Assembly: GCF_004010195.1 (NCBI RefSeq)
Contig: NC_057718.1
Location: forward strand, 9,029,664 to 9,093,663
From: Chiloscyllium plagiosum
Lineage: Eukaryota
Direction: 5' to 3'
Length of the DNA: 64,000 nt
Below are positions 23,901 to 36,475 of the stretch, piece after piece (within the stretch, counting starts at the first letter, position 1; each line of letters starts with the position of its first letter). The notes below the pieces were generated by a model. It was not told the origin of the DNA, ran no database searches, and saw only the letters and a list, made by a program, of their open reading frames with translations. Both the position numbers and the translations under genes were made by a program.

Positions 23901-24722
23901 TGATTTGATTTGATTTGATTTGATGTAGTGTCGTGTACCTAAGTACAGTGAAAAGTTTTGTTTTGTGAGTAGTCCAGGCAGATCATAACAAACAAGGACA
24001 TACAGATCACAGGGTGCTTAGACAGAATGAGGCATACAGGGTTACACCGCACAGGAGGTGCACAGAGCAAGACCGACTTTAATATGATCAACATTATTTG
24101 AAATTAGTGAGGTCCACTCAGCAGTCTAATAACTGCGGGGAAGAAGCTGTTCTTGAACCTGTGGGTGTGTGCATGTGTTCAAGCTTCTTTATCTTCTGCC
24201 AGATGGAAGAGGTTGGAACAGAGCATTACCAGAGTGGGAGGGGTCTATAATGATGTTGGCAGCCTTTCCGTGGCAACAAGATGGATAAGTGGAGTCCATG
24301 GATTGGAGGTTGGCTTCGCTGATGGTCTGGTTTGTGTGCACCACCTTCTGTAGTTTCCTGCGGTCCTGGGCAGAGCAGTTGCCATACCAGGCTGTGATGC
24401 GCCCTGATAGAATGCTTTCGATGGTGCATCTGTAAAAGTTGGTGAGGGTCCGTATGGAGATGCTGAACATCCTGAGCCTTCTGAGGATGTGCCTTCTTGA
24501 CCATCGCATCTACGTGGGAAGTCCACGACAGGATGTTGGTTATCGCCACTCTGAGGAACTTGACGCTCTCCACTCTCTCCACCTCTGCTCCGTTGATGTA
24601 GATGGGAGTGTGTTCGCCTCCTTTCTTCCTGAAGTCATTGATCAGTTCTTTTGTTATGCTGACATTGAGAGAGGGGTTGTTATCATTGCACAAGGACACC
24701 AAGCCCTCTATCTCCTTCCTCC
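23901..24722 (-). mobile_element. Rex1/Babar-like LINE 3' fragment
   Basis: LNVSITKELI-DFRK, VERVESVKFL, LRRLR...LTNFYRCTIESILSG-ITAWYGN motifs; (ATCAA)n tail at 23901-23924. Related tail at about 17395-17580. Confidence 0.82.
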
Positions 24723-25519
24723 TTACCTCACTGCTTTTGGGGAAAGTGGATAAAGAGAGCATTGTAAATGATGTATGTTTTAATAATGGCAATGAATAGC
24801 TTCCAACCATCCAAGGTTTTGATAAATATAATGCACATTGCAAGTTGAAATTCAATAAAATTTCAACTAAAACTGGAGAAATAGTTTGATAACTTACTAA
24901 ATAAATACGTAACATTTGGTGAAATGCCCTTTCTTATAAGTCGCTTTGGGTGAAGTTGGTTAAGGACAATATTCAGTACCACACTGCTCAATGTTATTGT
25001 TCTGTGTGTTACAAGGCCAACTGAGGAAGAGGGTGTTCAAGAACAACAACATCAGATCTGACACCAAGCTCATGGTTTACAGAGCATAGGTGGTCCCTTC
25101 CTTCCTATATGGCTCTGAGTCATGGACTGTCTATAGCAGATACCTCAAGGCACTGGAGCAGAATGACCAATGCTGCCCAAACAAGGTCCAGCACCTACTT
25201 TTTGATAGCGTTTTATAGCCCAGTTGCCATCCCCTTTGCCTTGCACTGCCACCCATTCAGCTTTTACATGCACTCTCTTCCATCTATCACAGACCCTCCC
25301 TTCTGTTCTGCCCCGCCCTTCAATCCCCCACCTCATCACTCACAGGTTAGCCTGTCACATTATTAACTCATTGCGGTTCTGACTCTGATGCTCTCTCCAT
25401 GGATGCGACATGACCTGTTGAGTGTTTCCAGCATTTTCTCCCTGTCTTTTTCTGATCTCCAGATTCTGCAGTGATTCAGGCTAATGTTAAGTGTCCACCA
25501 GGACTACCAGTGGATAAGA

Positions 25520-25741
25520 GTCAAAATTAGAGTGGTGCTGGAAAAGCACAGCAATTCAGGCACCATCTGAGGAGTAGGAGAAGTGACATTTTGGGCAAAA
25601 GCCCTTCATCAGGAAACCTGGACTTATGCCTGAAACATCAATTCCCTTGTTCCTCAGATGCTGCCTGACCTGTTATGCTTTTCCAGCACCACTCTAATCT
25701 TGGCTCTGATCTCCAGCATCTGGAGTCCTCACTTTCACCTG
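25520..25741. mobile_element. Palindromic pLTR family A insertion
   Basis: Inverted arms; TSD CCAGTGGATAAGA 25507-25519 / CCAGTGGAAAAGA 25742-25754. Confidence 0.85.
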
Positions 25742-25978
25742 CCAGTGGAAAAGACTGGTTCCCAGGCTAACCAAGGTAGAGTCATTACAACATGGAAAGA
25801 GGCCTTTCAGCCCATTGTACCCATGTTGGTCATCAAGCACCTGTCTATGCCAATCCTAGCATTTTGCACGTAGACTTGCAACATCATTAGAGTGGGATTT
25901 TGCTACGCCAGCTGTGTCTGCTGGCCTTCCTACATTAATATGAAGATTACAAGTCAAATGTACTTCACATTCTGCAAG

Positions 25979-26193
25979 TTGAGAGTGTGGTGCTGGAAAA
26001 ACACAGCAGGTCAGGCAGCATCTGAGGAACAGGAGAATCAACGTTTCGGCCATAAGCCCTTCATCAGGAAACCTCGACTTATGCCCGAAACGTCAATTCT
26101 CCTGCTCCTCAGATGCTGCCTGACCAGCTGTGCTTTTCCAGCACCCCACTCACGACTCTAATCTCCAGCATCTGCAGTCCTCACTTTCTCCTA
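25979..26193. mobile_element. Palindromic pLTR family A insertion
   Basis: Perfect TSD CACATTCTGCAAG 25966-25978 / 26194-26206; minus-strand CUGAUGA...GAAACGUU at about 26037-26070. Confidence 0.9.
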
Positions 26194-26341
26194 CACATTC
26201 TGCAAGGTGCTTTTCCATTTAATGAGATTGTAATAGGTGTTAGATCAAAGCAAGCTCTGTCAAAGAGCTCACACGTAATGTACATTTGATGGTCTCCTCT
26301 TGTGATTCAACAATTTAATGAATTTCTTTCTTTCAGCAATT

Positions 26342-26664
26342 GGGGGTGGCACAGTGGCTCAGTGGTAAGCACTGCTGCCTCACAGCGCCACTGACCCAGG
26401 TTCGATTCCAACCTCGGGCGACTGTCTGTGTGAAGTTTGCACATTCTCCCCGTGTCTGCGTGGGGGTGCTCCGGTCTCCTCTCACAGTCACAAACATGTG
26501 CAGGTCAGGTGAACTGGCCATGCTAAATTGCCCGTAGTGTTAGGTGCATTAGTCATGGGTAAATAAAGGGTATGGTAATGGGTCTGGGTGGGTCACTCTT
26601 CGGAGGGTCGGTGTGGATTGTAGGGCCGAAGGGCCGGTTTCCGCACTGTAGGGGAATCTAATCT
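26342..26664 (+). mobile_element. HE1-like V-SINE
   Basis: Head, V-domain and (TAATC) tail. Confidence 0.9.
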
Positions 26665-26751
26665 TTAAAAAAAAGGTGACAGAATGGGAAATGGGAGAAT
26701 TCCCTGTTCTTATTCCAACACAAGCAGCTAACATCCAAGCTCAACTGGTAA

Positions 26752-27064
26752 TAGATTAGATTACTTACAGTGTGGAAACAGGCCCTTCGGCCCAACAAGT
26801 CCACACCGACCCATCGAAGTGCAACGCACCCAGACCCATTCCCCTACATTTACCCCTTCACCTAACACTGTGGGCAATTTAGCATGGCCAATTCACCTAA
26901 CCTGCACATCTTTGGACTGTGGGAGGAAACCGGAGCACCCAGAGGAAACCCACGCAGACACGGGGAGAATGTGCAAACTCCACACAGTCGCCTGAGGCGG
27001 GAAATGAACCCGGGTCTCTGGCGCTGTGAGGCAGCAGTGCTAACCACTGTGCCACTGTGCCGCC
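26752..27064 (-). mobile_element. HE1-like V-SINE
   Basis: Full-length reverse copy. Confidence 0.9.
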
Positions 27065-27228
27065 AGGAGATGGTGAGGTCTGCAGATGCTGGAGATCAGA
27101 GTCGAGAGTGTAGTGCTGGAAAAGCACAGCAGGTCAGGCAGCCCTGATGAAGGGTTTATGCCCGAAACATCGATTCTCCTGCTCCTCGCGTGCTGTCTGA
27201 CCTGCTGTGCTTTTCCAGTGCCACACTA
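27065..27228. mobile_element. Palindromic pLTR family A insertion
   Basis: Inverted arms; + strand CUGAUGA 27144-27150, GAAA 27164-27167. Confidence 0.8.
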
Positions 27229-27229
27229 T

Positions 27230-28730
27230 CAGCTGGTAATAGGGAGGGCAAATGAATAGTGGCCTTTGTTTCAAAGAGAAAAGCGTATAACATTCGGGAG
27301 GTCTTGCTAAAATCATACACAGTCACTAGTCAGACCACGGATGCAACACAATGAACAGGTTTGAAAAATATATAGTGCCATTGGAGGCAGCCCAGAGAAG
27401 GTTCATATGGCTGATGCCAGGTATGGAGGAACTGTCTGGTGAAGGGAGGTTGGGTTGGGCCTGTACTCATTGGAATATATAAGAACGAGAGGAAATCTCA
27501 TTGAAATACACAAGACTCTTAGGGGCCTTGATAGGCGAGATGCGGAGAGGCTCACTGAGTTCCGAGGAGCAGGACAATCAATGTTTCAGGCAAAAGCCCT
27601 TCATCAGGAATGGAGGCAGGGAGCCTACTCTTTGCTACCTTCCCCCACCCTCCTCTCTGATCTATCACCTCCATCCCCACCCCCATTCATCTATTATACT
27701 CTTTGCTACCTTCTTCCCAGCCTCACTCCCCCATTTATCTCTCCACCCTGCAGGCACCCTGCCTCTATTGCTGATGAAGGGCTTTTGCTCGAAATGTCGA
27801 TTTTCCTGCTCCTCGGATGCTGCCTGACCTGCTGTGCTTTTCCAGCGCACCACTGCGATCTACATGTGGAGAGGTTGTTTCTCCTTGCAGGAGAGAGTAG
27901 GACCAGAGGAGATCATCCTACAATAAGGGGGTCATAGGAACATAGGAACAAGAGGAGGCCATTCAGCCCCTCAAGTCTGTTCCACCATTCAATGTGATTA
28001 TGGCTGATATGTGGCCTATCTCCATATATCTGCCTTCATCTGGTATCCCTTAATACCTTTGTTTCACAAAGATTTATCTCTCTCAGATTTAAAAATAACA
28101 ACTGATCCAGCAGCCGCTGCCATTTGTGGAAAAGAGTTTGTGTGTCCTACCCTTTCTGTGTCGAAGTGCTTCCTAACATCTCTCCTGAATGGTCTTGCTC
28201 TAATTCTCAGACTATGTCCCTAATTCTAGAAACTCTTACCAGTGGAAATAGTATATATGCTACTCTGTCTTTTCCCTGTTGATACCTTGAAGACTTTGAT
28301 CAGGTAACCCTTTAACCTTCTGACGTCTTTAGAAAACAGGCCTAATTTGTATAATCTTTCCTCATAATTTAACCCTTGGAGTCCAGGTGCTATTCGTGTA
28401 AACCTATGTTGTACTCATTCCAAGGCCAATCTATCCTTCCTAAGGTATGGTGCCCAGATCTGCTCACAGTACTTTTTAATGGAGTAGTCCATTTAAGACA
28501 GAGATAGGGAAGATCTTCTTCCCTCAGAGGATAATGAGTGGAATTCTTTACCACACAGACTGGGCCTTTAAGTATATTCGAGGCTGAGACAGGTGTTTAA
28601 TCAGGAGTGGAATCAAGGGTCTTGGGGGAAAGGCAGGAAAGTGAAGTTGAGGATAATCAGATCAGCCATGCTCTCACTGAATGGCAGAGCAGACTGAATG
28701 GTCTACCTCTGTTCCTGTACCTTATGGTAC
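27230..28730 (+). mobile_element. Decayed CR1 LINE with nested family A palindrome (about 27553-27861) and nested reverse CR1 3' fragment (about 27933-28470)
   Basis: GLYSLEY-R-RGNLIE-HKTLRGLDR motif; ATG(C/T)GGAGAGG duplicated around the PLE insert; hammerhead CUGAUGA 27771-27777, GAAA 27791-27794. Confidence 0.78.
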
Positions 28731-29459
28731 AGATCAGTTAATACTCCGATAGGTCAGGGGTCCATCACTGTTTAACCCGAATCTTGTTGGAAGCAGCTGC
28801 GTATTGCGTGTACATGAATTAAGGAGATGAAACGTACTGTCTCCCTACACAGCACTTAGCATGAGTCCTTGCAAATCAAGCACAGCTAACACAGATGAAG
28901 TCTCTTAAACACCAGCCAACTCTCCCGACGGATCGCACATTCTTTCAAACCAATTATGATCTTAATAAATATCTTAATTGTTAAATAAAAAGACAGGCTC
29001 CAAATGATAATTGAAACCAGACTGACTGGTGTCCAGTTTTATTTTGTAGGAAAGAATTTTGCTTTGGGAATGTTTCCAGATTTCAGAGGAGAGACAGAGT
29101 TAGCAGACTTTGAAATTCTGACCTTTACACTATCTCCGAGACTAAAGCACAATGTTCCAGTACTTCGAGACTGTGGAATTCCTGGACTTGGGCTGGATTG
29201 TGGGACTTGCATGATACTTTTAAAAGGGGTGACAGCCACACTTCAAATCTCTCCATGTTTTTATCCGGCAGTGACTTACAGAACTGGAACTCAATGCATC
29301 CACATGCTGATTATCACAGCCACTCCCTCTGAGCAGCCACGGTCCATGTAGCTTAAAGAGAACACTGTTCCTCACTTGGGCCAAGCCTGGTTCCCTTACT
29401 ATGCCTGGACTCACTAACCTCCCATTGAAACACCATCTTGGTCTTAATTTTGTTTTTAG

Positions 29460-29900
29460 TTATTCCCAGAACGTGGGCATCCCTGGCTGTACCCATGTTT
29501 ATTGCCCATCCCTAGTTGCCCTTGAGAAGGTGGGGGTGAGCTGCCTTCTCGAACCGCTGCAGTCCACCTGCTGTGGGTTGACCCACAATGCCCTTAGGGA
29601 GGGAATTCCAGGATTTTGACCCAGTGACAGTGAAGGAACATCGCTATTTTTCCAAGTCAGGATTGTGAGTGACTTGGAGAGGAACTTGCAGGGGGTAGTG
29701 TTCCCATGTATCTGCTGCCCTTGTTCTTCTGGATGGAAGTGGTTTTGGGTTTGGAAGGGGCTGTCTAAGGATCTTTGGTGAATTTCTGCAATGCATCTTG
29801 TGGATGGTACACACTGCTGCTACTGAGTGTCAGTGATGGAGGGCTACTTTGTCTTGGATGGTGTCAAACTCCTTGAGTGTTATTTGGAGCTGCACTCATC
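29460..29900 (-). mobile_element. Older CR1/L2-superclade LINE fragment; continues at about 33911-34270
   Basis: Matches 12535-13150; resumes after the long CR1 with GCTGCAC...ATCCAGGCAAG. Confidence 0.75.
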
Positions 29901-31193
29901 ATACCAGGGGGAAGCCATAGTTGTCAGGTCTCTGGCACTGAGCCTGGCACTGTGGCTCAGAAGGGAAGGGGGGAGATTAGAAAAGTGCTAGTAGTTGGAG
30001 GCTCAATAGTTAGCCGGATTGACAGGAGATTTTGTGGTCAAGAACGGGACTCCGGGAAGGTATGTTGCCTCCCTGGTGCCAGGGTCTGGGCTGTTACCGA
30101 TCAGGTTTACAGGATTTTGAAGGGGGAAGGGGAGCAGCCAGAAATCGTGGTACATATTGGCACGAATGATATAGCCTGGAAAGGGATTGAGGATCTGAAA
30201 AGTGACTACAGAGAGGTTAGGTTGGAAGCTGAAGAGCAGGATGAGTAGAGTAGTGATCTCAGGTTTGCTACCGGTGCCACGAGATAGTGAGGTGAGGAAC
30301 AGTCAGTAAATGTAGCTTAACATGTGGCTGCAGGAGGAAGGGCTTCAGATACCGAGACCATTGGGATACCTTCTGGGGAAGGTCGGACTTGTACATGAAG
30401 GACGGGTTGCACCTGAACTGGAGGGGCACAAAAGTGGGAGATTTGCTCATGTGGTTCAGGAAGGTTAAAACTAGTTTGGCAGGGGGGTGGGAATCAGAGC
30501 TACATATCTGAGAGGGGGACAGTTGTAGATGGGACAGTGACAGGATGTAGTGAATCTATCGGAAAGGTTTCTCACATGATGAAACAAAGGGATCGGTTAA
30601 AGTGTGTCCACTTTAACGCAAGGAGTGCCAGAAATAAGAGCGATGGACTTAGAGCATGGATCAGTACTTGGGGCTACGATGTTGTGGCCATAACCGAGAC
30701 AGGAGTTTCACGCGGGCAGGAATGCTTGCTAGATGTTCCAGGGTTTAGAACGTTTAAAAAGAACAGGGAGGGTGGAAAAACAGGAGGGAGTGTAGCACTG
30801 CTAATCAGAGAATGCATCACAGCTATAGAAACAAAGGTTGTTGAGGGAGATTTGTCTACTGAGTCAGTGTGGGTGGGAGTTAGGAACAGCAAGGGAACAG
30901 CCACCGCATTGGGGGGTTTCTACTGACCCCCTAATAACAGTAGGGAGATTGAAGATCTCATAGGCCAGCAGATTTTGGAAAAATGCAGGCGTAACAGGGT
31001 TGTTGTTATGGGTGACTTCAACTTTCCCAATATCGACCGGAACCTCCTTAATGCAGATAGTTTGGATGGAGCCGTTTTGTCAGGTGTGTTCAGGAGGGTT
31101 TCCTTACTCAGTATGTAGACAGGTTGACAAGAGGAGAGGCCATTTTGGATTTGGTGCTCGGCAATGAGCCAGGAAGGTGTCAGATCTCACGGT

Positions 31194-31920
31194 GATACAT
31201 CAAGAACATCTCTGAAATGACAGCCAGACTACTGCGACCACTAGGACTTATAACAGCACACAAACCAACAGCCACACTCAGACAACAACTCACCAGAACG
31301 AAGGACCCGATACCCAGCATGAGCAAAACCAATGTAGTGTACAAAATCCCATGCAAAGACTGCACAAAACACTATATAGGACAAACAGGAAAAATTGGAT
31401 GTGCAATCCTTTGGCAAATGTAGGATCACTGATTGGCCACATTTTAACAGCCAGAAGGAGAGAAACGAGTACAGACACAAAGAGAATTCACAGACATTGA
31501 GATGGCCAAGCTGGTCACAATACCGACTGCAGCAGCTAGTCATCGAGACAGAGATGTACAGCACAGAAACAGACCCTTCGGTCCAACCCGTCCATGCCGA
31601 CCAGATATCCCAACCCAATCTAGTCCCACCTGCCAGCACCCGGCCCATATCCCTCCAAACCCTTCCTATTCATATACCCATCCAAATGCCTCTTAAATGT
31701 TGCAATTGTACCAGCCTCCACCACATCCTCTGGCAGCTCATCCCATACACATACAACCTGAAACTGACAACCGGAAGCGGCAGGGACAGGCCACTATAAA
31801 TGCTGGAGGAAACACCACAGAAGCGCTTCACAGGAGGGTCCCAAGCACTGAGGATGTCACCTAGACAGGGGACGAAATGTTTGCAACAAAAACTTCCAGT
31901 TCGGCGAACAGAACCACAGC
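31194..31920 (+). mobile_element. Penelope/Poseidon-type PLE 3' remnant (GIY-YIG + pLTR family C) with nested CR1 3' end (about 31538-31752, -)
   Basis: KTNVVYKIPCKDCTKHYIGQTG GIY-YIG motif followed by a hammerhead-bearing terminus. Confidence 0.88.
31845..31884 (+). ncRNA. Minimal hammerhead ribozyme motif (family C variant)
   Basis: GCA-CUGAGGA-U-GUCACC-UAGACA-GGGGAC-GAAA-UG-UU-UGC. Confidence 0.75.
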
Positions 31921-34454
31921 AGGATTACAGGCTTGCTAGAAAGGAGCTTGGAAATAAACTGAGGAAAGCAAGGAGGGGGCACGAGAAAGGCTTGGCAGGA
32001 AGGATTAGGGAGAACCCAAAGGCATTTTACTCATATGTGAGGAACAACAGAATGATCAGGGAGAAGGTAGGGCTGATCAGGGATAGCGAAGGGAACTTGT
32101 GCATGGAGTCTGAGCGGATAGGGGAAGCCCTAAATGAGTTTCTTGCTTCGGTTATCACGGAGAAATGAGACCATGTCATGAATGAGAACTTTGAGGAGCC
32201 AGGAAACAGGCTTGAACAAATTGAGGTTGATGACGTTGTTGGGCTGGAAACTTTGGAAAACATTAAGATTGATAAGTCCCCATGGCCAGACCAGATTTAT
32301 CCTAGGCTGCTCCGGGAAATGAGAAGGGAGGTTGCTAAGCCGCTGGTGAAGGTCTTTGCTTCCTCACTCTCCACGGGAGTCGTACCAGAGGATTGGAAGG
32401 AGGTGAATGTTGTTCCTCTTTTAGCCCTGGCAACTACAGACCAGTCAGTCTTACATCGGTGGTCAGTAAGGTTTTGGAAAGAATTCTGAGGGATAGGATT
32501 TATGACTATTTGGAAAAGCATAGCGTGATTAAAGGCAGTCAGCATGGCTTTGTGAGGGGCAGGTCATGCCTCACAAATCTTATTGAGTTCTTTGAAAGGT
32601 GTCAAGACAGGTCAATGATGGTCGAGCAGTGGATGTAGTGTATATGGACTTCAGCAAGGCATTTGATAGGGTTCCCCATGGTAGGCTCATTCATAAAGTC
32701 AGGAGGGATACAGAGAGATTTGGCTATCTGGATTCAGAATTGGTTGGCTGATAGAAGACAGAGAGCGGTTGCAGATGGAAAGTATTCTGCCTGGAGGACA
32801 ATGTTGAGTGGTGCCCCGCAGGGCTCTGTTCTTGGGCCTCTGCTCTTTGTAGTTTTTATAAATAATTTGGATGAGGAGGTTGAGGGGTAGGTTAGTAAAT
32901 TTGCAGATGACACAAAGGTTGGAGGTACTGTCGATAGTATCGAGGGCTATTGCAGGTTGCAGCGCGACATAGACAGGATGCAGAGCTAGGCTGAGAAATG
33001 GCAGATGGACTTCAACCTGGATAAATGCGAAGTGATGCATTTTGGAAGGTCAAACTCGAATGCTGAATATAGGATTAAAGACAAGATTCTTGGCAGTGTG
33101 GAGGAACAGAGGGATCTGGGTGTGCAAGTACATAGATCCCTCAAAGTTGCCACCAAGTGGATAGGGTTGTTAAGAAAGCATATGGTGTTTTGGCTTTCAT
33201 TAACTGGGGGATCGAGTTTAAGAGCCATGAGGTTTTTCTACAGTTCTACAAGTCCCTGGTGAGACCACACTTGGAATATTGTGTCCAGTTCTGGTCGCCC
33301 TACTAGAGGAAAGATACAGAGGCTTTGGAGAGGGTGCAAAGAAGGTTTACCAGGATGCTTCCTGGACTGGAGGGCTTGTCTTATGAAGAAAGGTTGACAA
33401 AGCTCGGACCTTTCTCTCTGGAGAGAAGGAAGAACAGAGGTGACCTGATCGAGGTATACAAGGTAATGAGAGGCTTGGATAGAGTCAATAGCCAGAGATT
33501 ATTCCCCAGAGCAGGATTGACTGGCACGAGGGGTCACAGATTTAAGATATTAGGAGAAAGGTATAGAGGGGATTCAGAGGTAGGTTCTTTACACTGAGTG
33601 TTGTGAATGCATGGAATGCGTTGCCAGCTGTGTTGGTGGAAGCAGAGTCATTAGGGATATTTATGCGACTGCTGGACATGCACATGGACAGTAGTGAATT
33701 GAGGGGTGCATAGATTAAGTTATTTTATTTTACATTAGGATTAATCCTCGGCACAACATCATGCGCCAAAAGGCCTATTCTGTGCTGTATTTTTCTATCT
33801 TCTATGTTCAGGCAAAAGTGACGACTGCAGATGAAAGGCTTTTGCCTGAAAAATTAATTTTCCTGTTCCTCGGATATTGCCTGACCTGCTGTGCTTTTCC
33901 AGCACCACATGCTGCACATATCCAGGCAAGTTGGAAGCATTCCAACACACGCCTGCCTTGTAGATGGTGGACAGGCTTTAGGGAGACAAGAGGTGAGCTA
34001 CTCATTGCAAGGTTCCTAGCCTCTGGCCTGCCCTTGTGATCACTGTGTTTATTTGGCATATCCCACTCAGTCTCTGATCAATGATAATCCCTAAGGTGCT
34101 GATTGCGGGGGATTCAGTGATGTCATTGAATTCCACAGGTGACTGCTAGACACTCTCTTGTCAGAGATGGTCTTGAGTTGCGCGAATGTTACTTGTCACT
34201 CCAATCGTGGATAATATCCAGGTCTCGCTGCACTTTGGCCTGGACTACTCCAGTATCCGAGGAGTGACGAATAATTCTCATCATTCTTTTCAAATCCATC
34301 AATGGCCCCAGTTCTTCAGTGTTATTAGAGCCACACATTAGCAGGCACTCTATATAACATAATCTGCAATGTGGAATCTCCTAGAGCATCAGACATGTTC
34401 AGACTTGCTGAGCGTTGCCTTTATTACTTGTTCCTGCAATTAGGACTGGAACCA

Positions 34455-34776
34455 TAGAATCTCTACAGAGTGGAAGCAGGCCAATTGGCCCATCAAGTCA
34501 ACATCAATCCTAGAAGAGAATCCCACCCACTCCCTGTGTCTGCAATTCCACATTCCCCATAGCTAACCCACTTAATCTGCACACCCCTGGATCCTATGGG
34601 CAATTTTAGCATGACCAATCCACCTAACCTACACATCTTCGGACAGTGGGAGGAAATCCACACAGACACAGGGAGAATGTGCAAACTCCACACAGTCAGT
34701 TGCCCGAGGATGGAATTGAACCCAGATCCTGGCACTATGAGGTAGCAGTACTAACCACTGAGCCACGGTGCTGCCC
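34455..34776 (-). mobile_element. Diverged HE1-like V-SINE
   Basis: Reverse head and V-domain. Confidence 0.82.
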
Positions 34777-34827
34777 TAACCAGGGTGAGGACATTAGTTA
34801 CCTACATCCCAAGCTTTGGTCTCCCAA

Positions 34828-35075
34828 TGGGTAGGGGATGGAGTGACATTGGATGAGATGAGGTGAGATGGGGTGGGGAGATGTGGGTTGGAGTACATAA
34901 TGATGGGATTGGATGGGATAGGTATGGAATGGGGTTTGGATGGAATAGAGTGGAGTGTGTGGGATAGGATGAGATTGGGTGGGATGAGGTGGGATGGGAT
35001 GGACTGGTATGGTGTGGGGTGGATTAGGATGAGGTGGGATGGGATGAGGGGTGGAATGGAATGGGATGAGGCGGA
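34828..35075. repeat. Degenerate (GGGAT/GGATG)n purine-rich pentamer tract
   Basis: Direct observation. Confidence 0.9.
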
Positions 35076-36306
35076 GTAATGTGAGATTGGATGATTGGCA
35101 TTTTGAATAATCATCGTGGTGGCAGGTGCCAAATTCTGATCACAATAAAATATTAAATGATTCTTATACCATTGTATGGCTACAAATCAGACAATAATAA
35201 ATGAATTACATAATTACAATAATTTCAGCATATAAATAATTCCCACCTTGTCCTTGATTCAATCACAGAATTGAAAGCTCCCCAATTTACATTAAGGTAC
35301 GCAGTTCCTATGTCACCAGGTTAAGTTGACAGAGGTTTCAGTTATTTGCATACAATTTGTGAGTTTTATAAAATATAAACACAACCACCTGATGGAGGAG
35401 CAGCGCTCCAAAAGTTAGTGCTTCCAAATAAACCTGTTGCACTATAACCTGGTGTTGTGTGAATTTAACTTTATAAAAATGTGGATTGGGCTGACTCATA
35501 ATCTATTTTTCTGTTACGTACTATTGTTGTCTACTACCCCTGCTATCCACACCAATCCATTTGCCATATCCTTCGGCTTTGTGAGTGAGATCAAAATCAG
35601 CCCAGTGTGAGGAATGCTGCTCCGTAATCAAAAGCCTGATTGCTTTTCTATGAGATCATTATCTTTATTGTGTCGACACACACTGATGGCCTAGGTATTA
35701 ACTTGCTATTAACACAATCTCTTCACATTGGGATCTCCTGGTGCTTGTGGTAACACAGATAGTCAGAGATTATTACAGGGTCTTTATTTCAGGTTAAAAA
35801 AGAAATGCAACTTGTAACAACCCACAAGGATAAATGCATTATGAAGACCTCTCAACAGGTAGATGAACCTCGGTATTCACTCTTCCTCGGGGAGTTGTTC
35901 TGCTTGTTATGTGGGCTTTTATGCTCTTCATTCACTTGACACTAATTTGGAAATGGTTGATTTGAACTTAAAACCTTAAAAAAAAGGACGAGCTGAATGG
36001 GGAGAGATGATAAAACAAAAACAAACTGAAAATATTTTCTTTGCTGGCCATTTCACACAGTTATTATTACATGGTTACATTGAATTACAATTTTCATCAA
36101 CATTCCAAATCTTCACGTTCTCCCCTTGATGTGAAGTAAAGGCAAGATTCGTAAGATGATGAATAGGCTGATGGGCTGCAATACTTTCTACTCAACGGAA
36201 GAAAACTTAAATCAGATTAAACAGCCCCTAATCGGGCCCTGTAACAAAAATACACCACTAAGGGCTCAAAGGCAATTTATAAAATTAATCAAACCAGAAT
36301 AACGTT

Positions 36307-36475
36307 CATGATTTGGAGATACCGATGTTGGACTGGGGTGTATAAAGTTATAAATCACACAACACCAGGTTATAGTCCAACAGGTTTAATTGGAAGCACT
36401 AGCTTTCGGAGCATCACTCCTTCATCCTGATGAAGGACCGGCGCTCCGAAAGCTAGTGCTTCCAATTAAACCTGT
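36307..36475. mobile_element. Palindromic pLTR family B insertion
   Basis: TSD CAGAATAAC(G/A)TT 36295-36306 / 36476-36487; + strand CUGAUGA 36427-36433, GAAA 36448-36451. Confidence 0.88.

Larger units (their letters stand above)
29901..33808 (+). mobile_element. Long decayed CR1 LINE (ORF1 SGNH esterase, ORF2 EN+RT, tail)
   Basis: VLVVGGSIV...CCLPGAR...VVHIGTND (esterase); FNARS, AITET, GDFNFPNI (EN); NYRPVSLTS, QHGF, PQGSVLGP, KFADDTK (RT); TCTATGTTC tail. Confidence 0.95.

Noticed and set aside
29004..29414. Overlapping ORFs / possible exons on both strands
   Set aside because: No recognisable protein, weak or unpaired splice signals, and lengths expected by chance.
34794..35132. Pro/His/Ile-rich or Gly/Trp-rich ORFs
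   Set aside because: Translations of a pentamer simple repeat.
35380..35472. Functional hammerhead in family B copy
   Set aside because: Core mutated (CUGAUGG and AAAA in place of CUGAUGA and GAAA). Similarly decayed cores at about 6900-6935, 18375-18405, 22029-22062 and 33828-33855.
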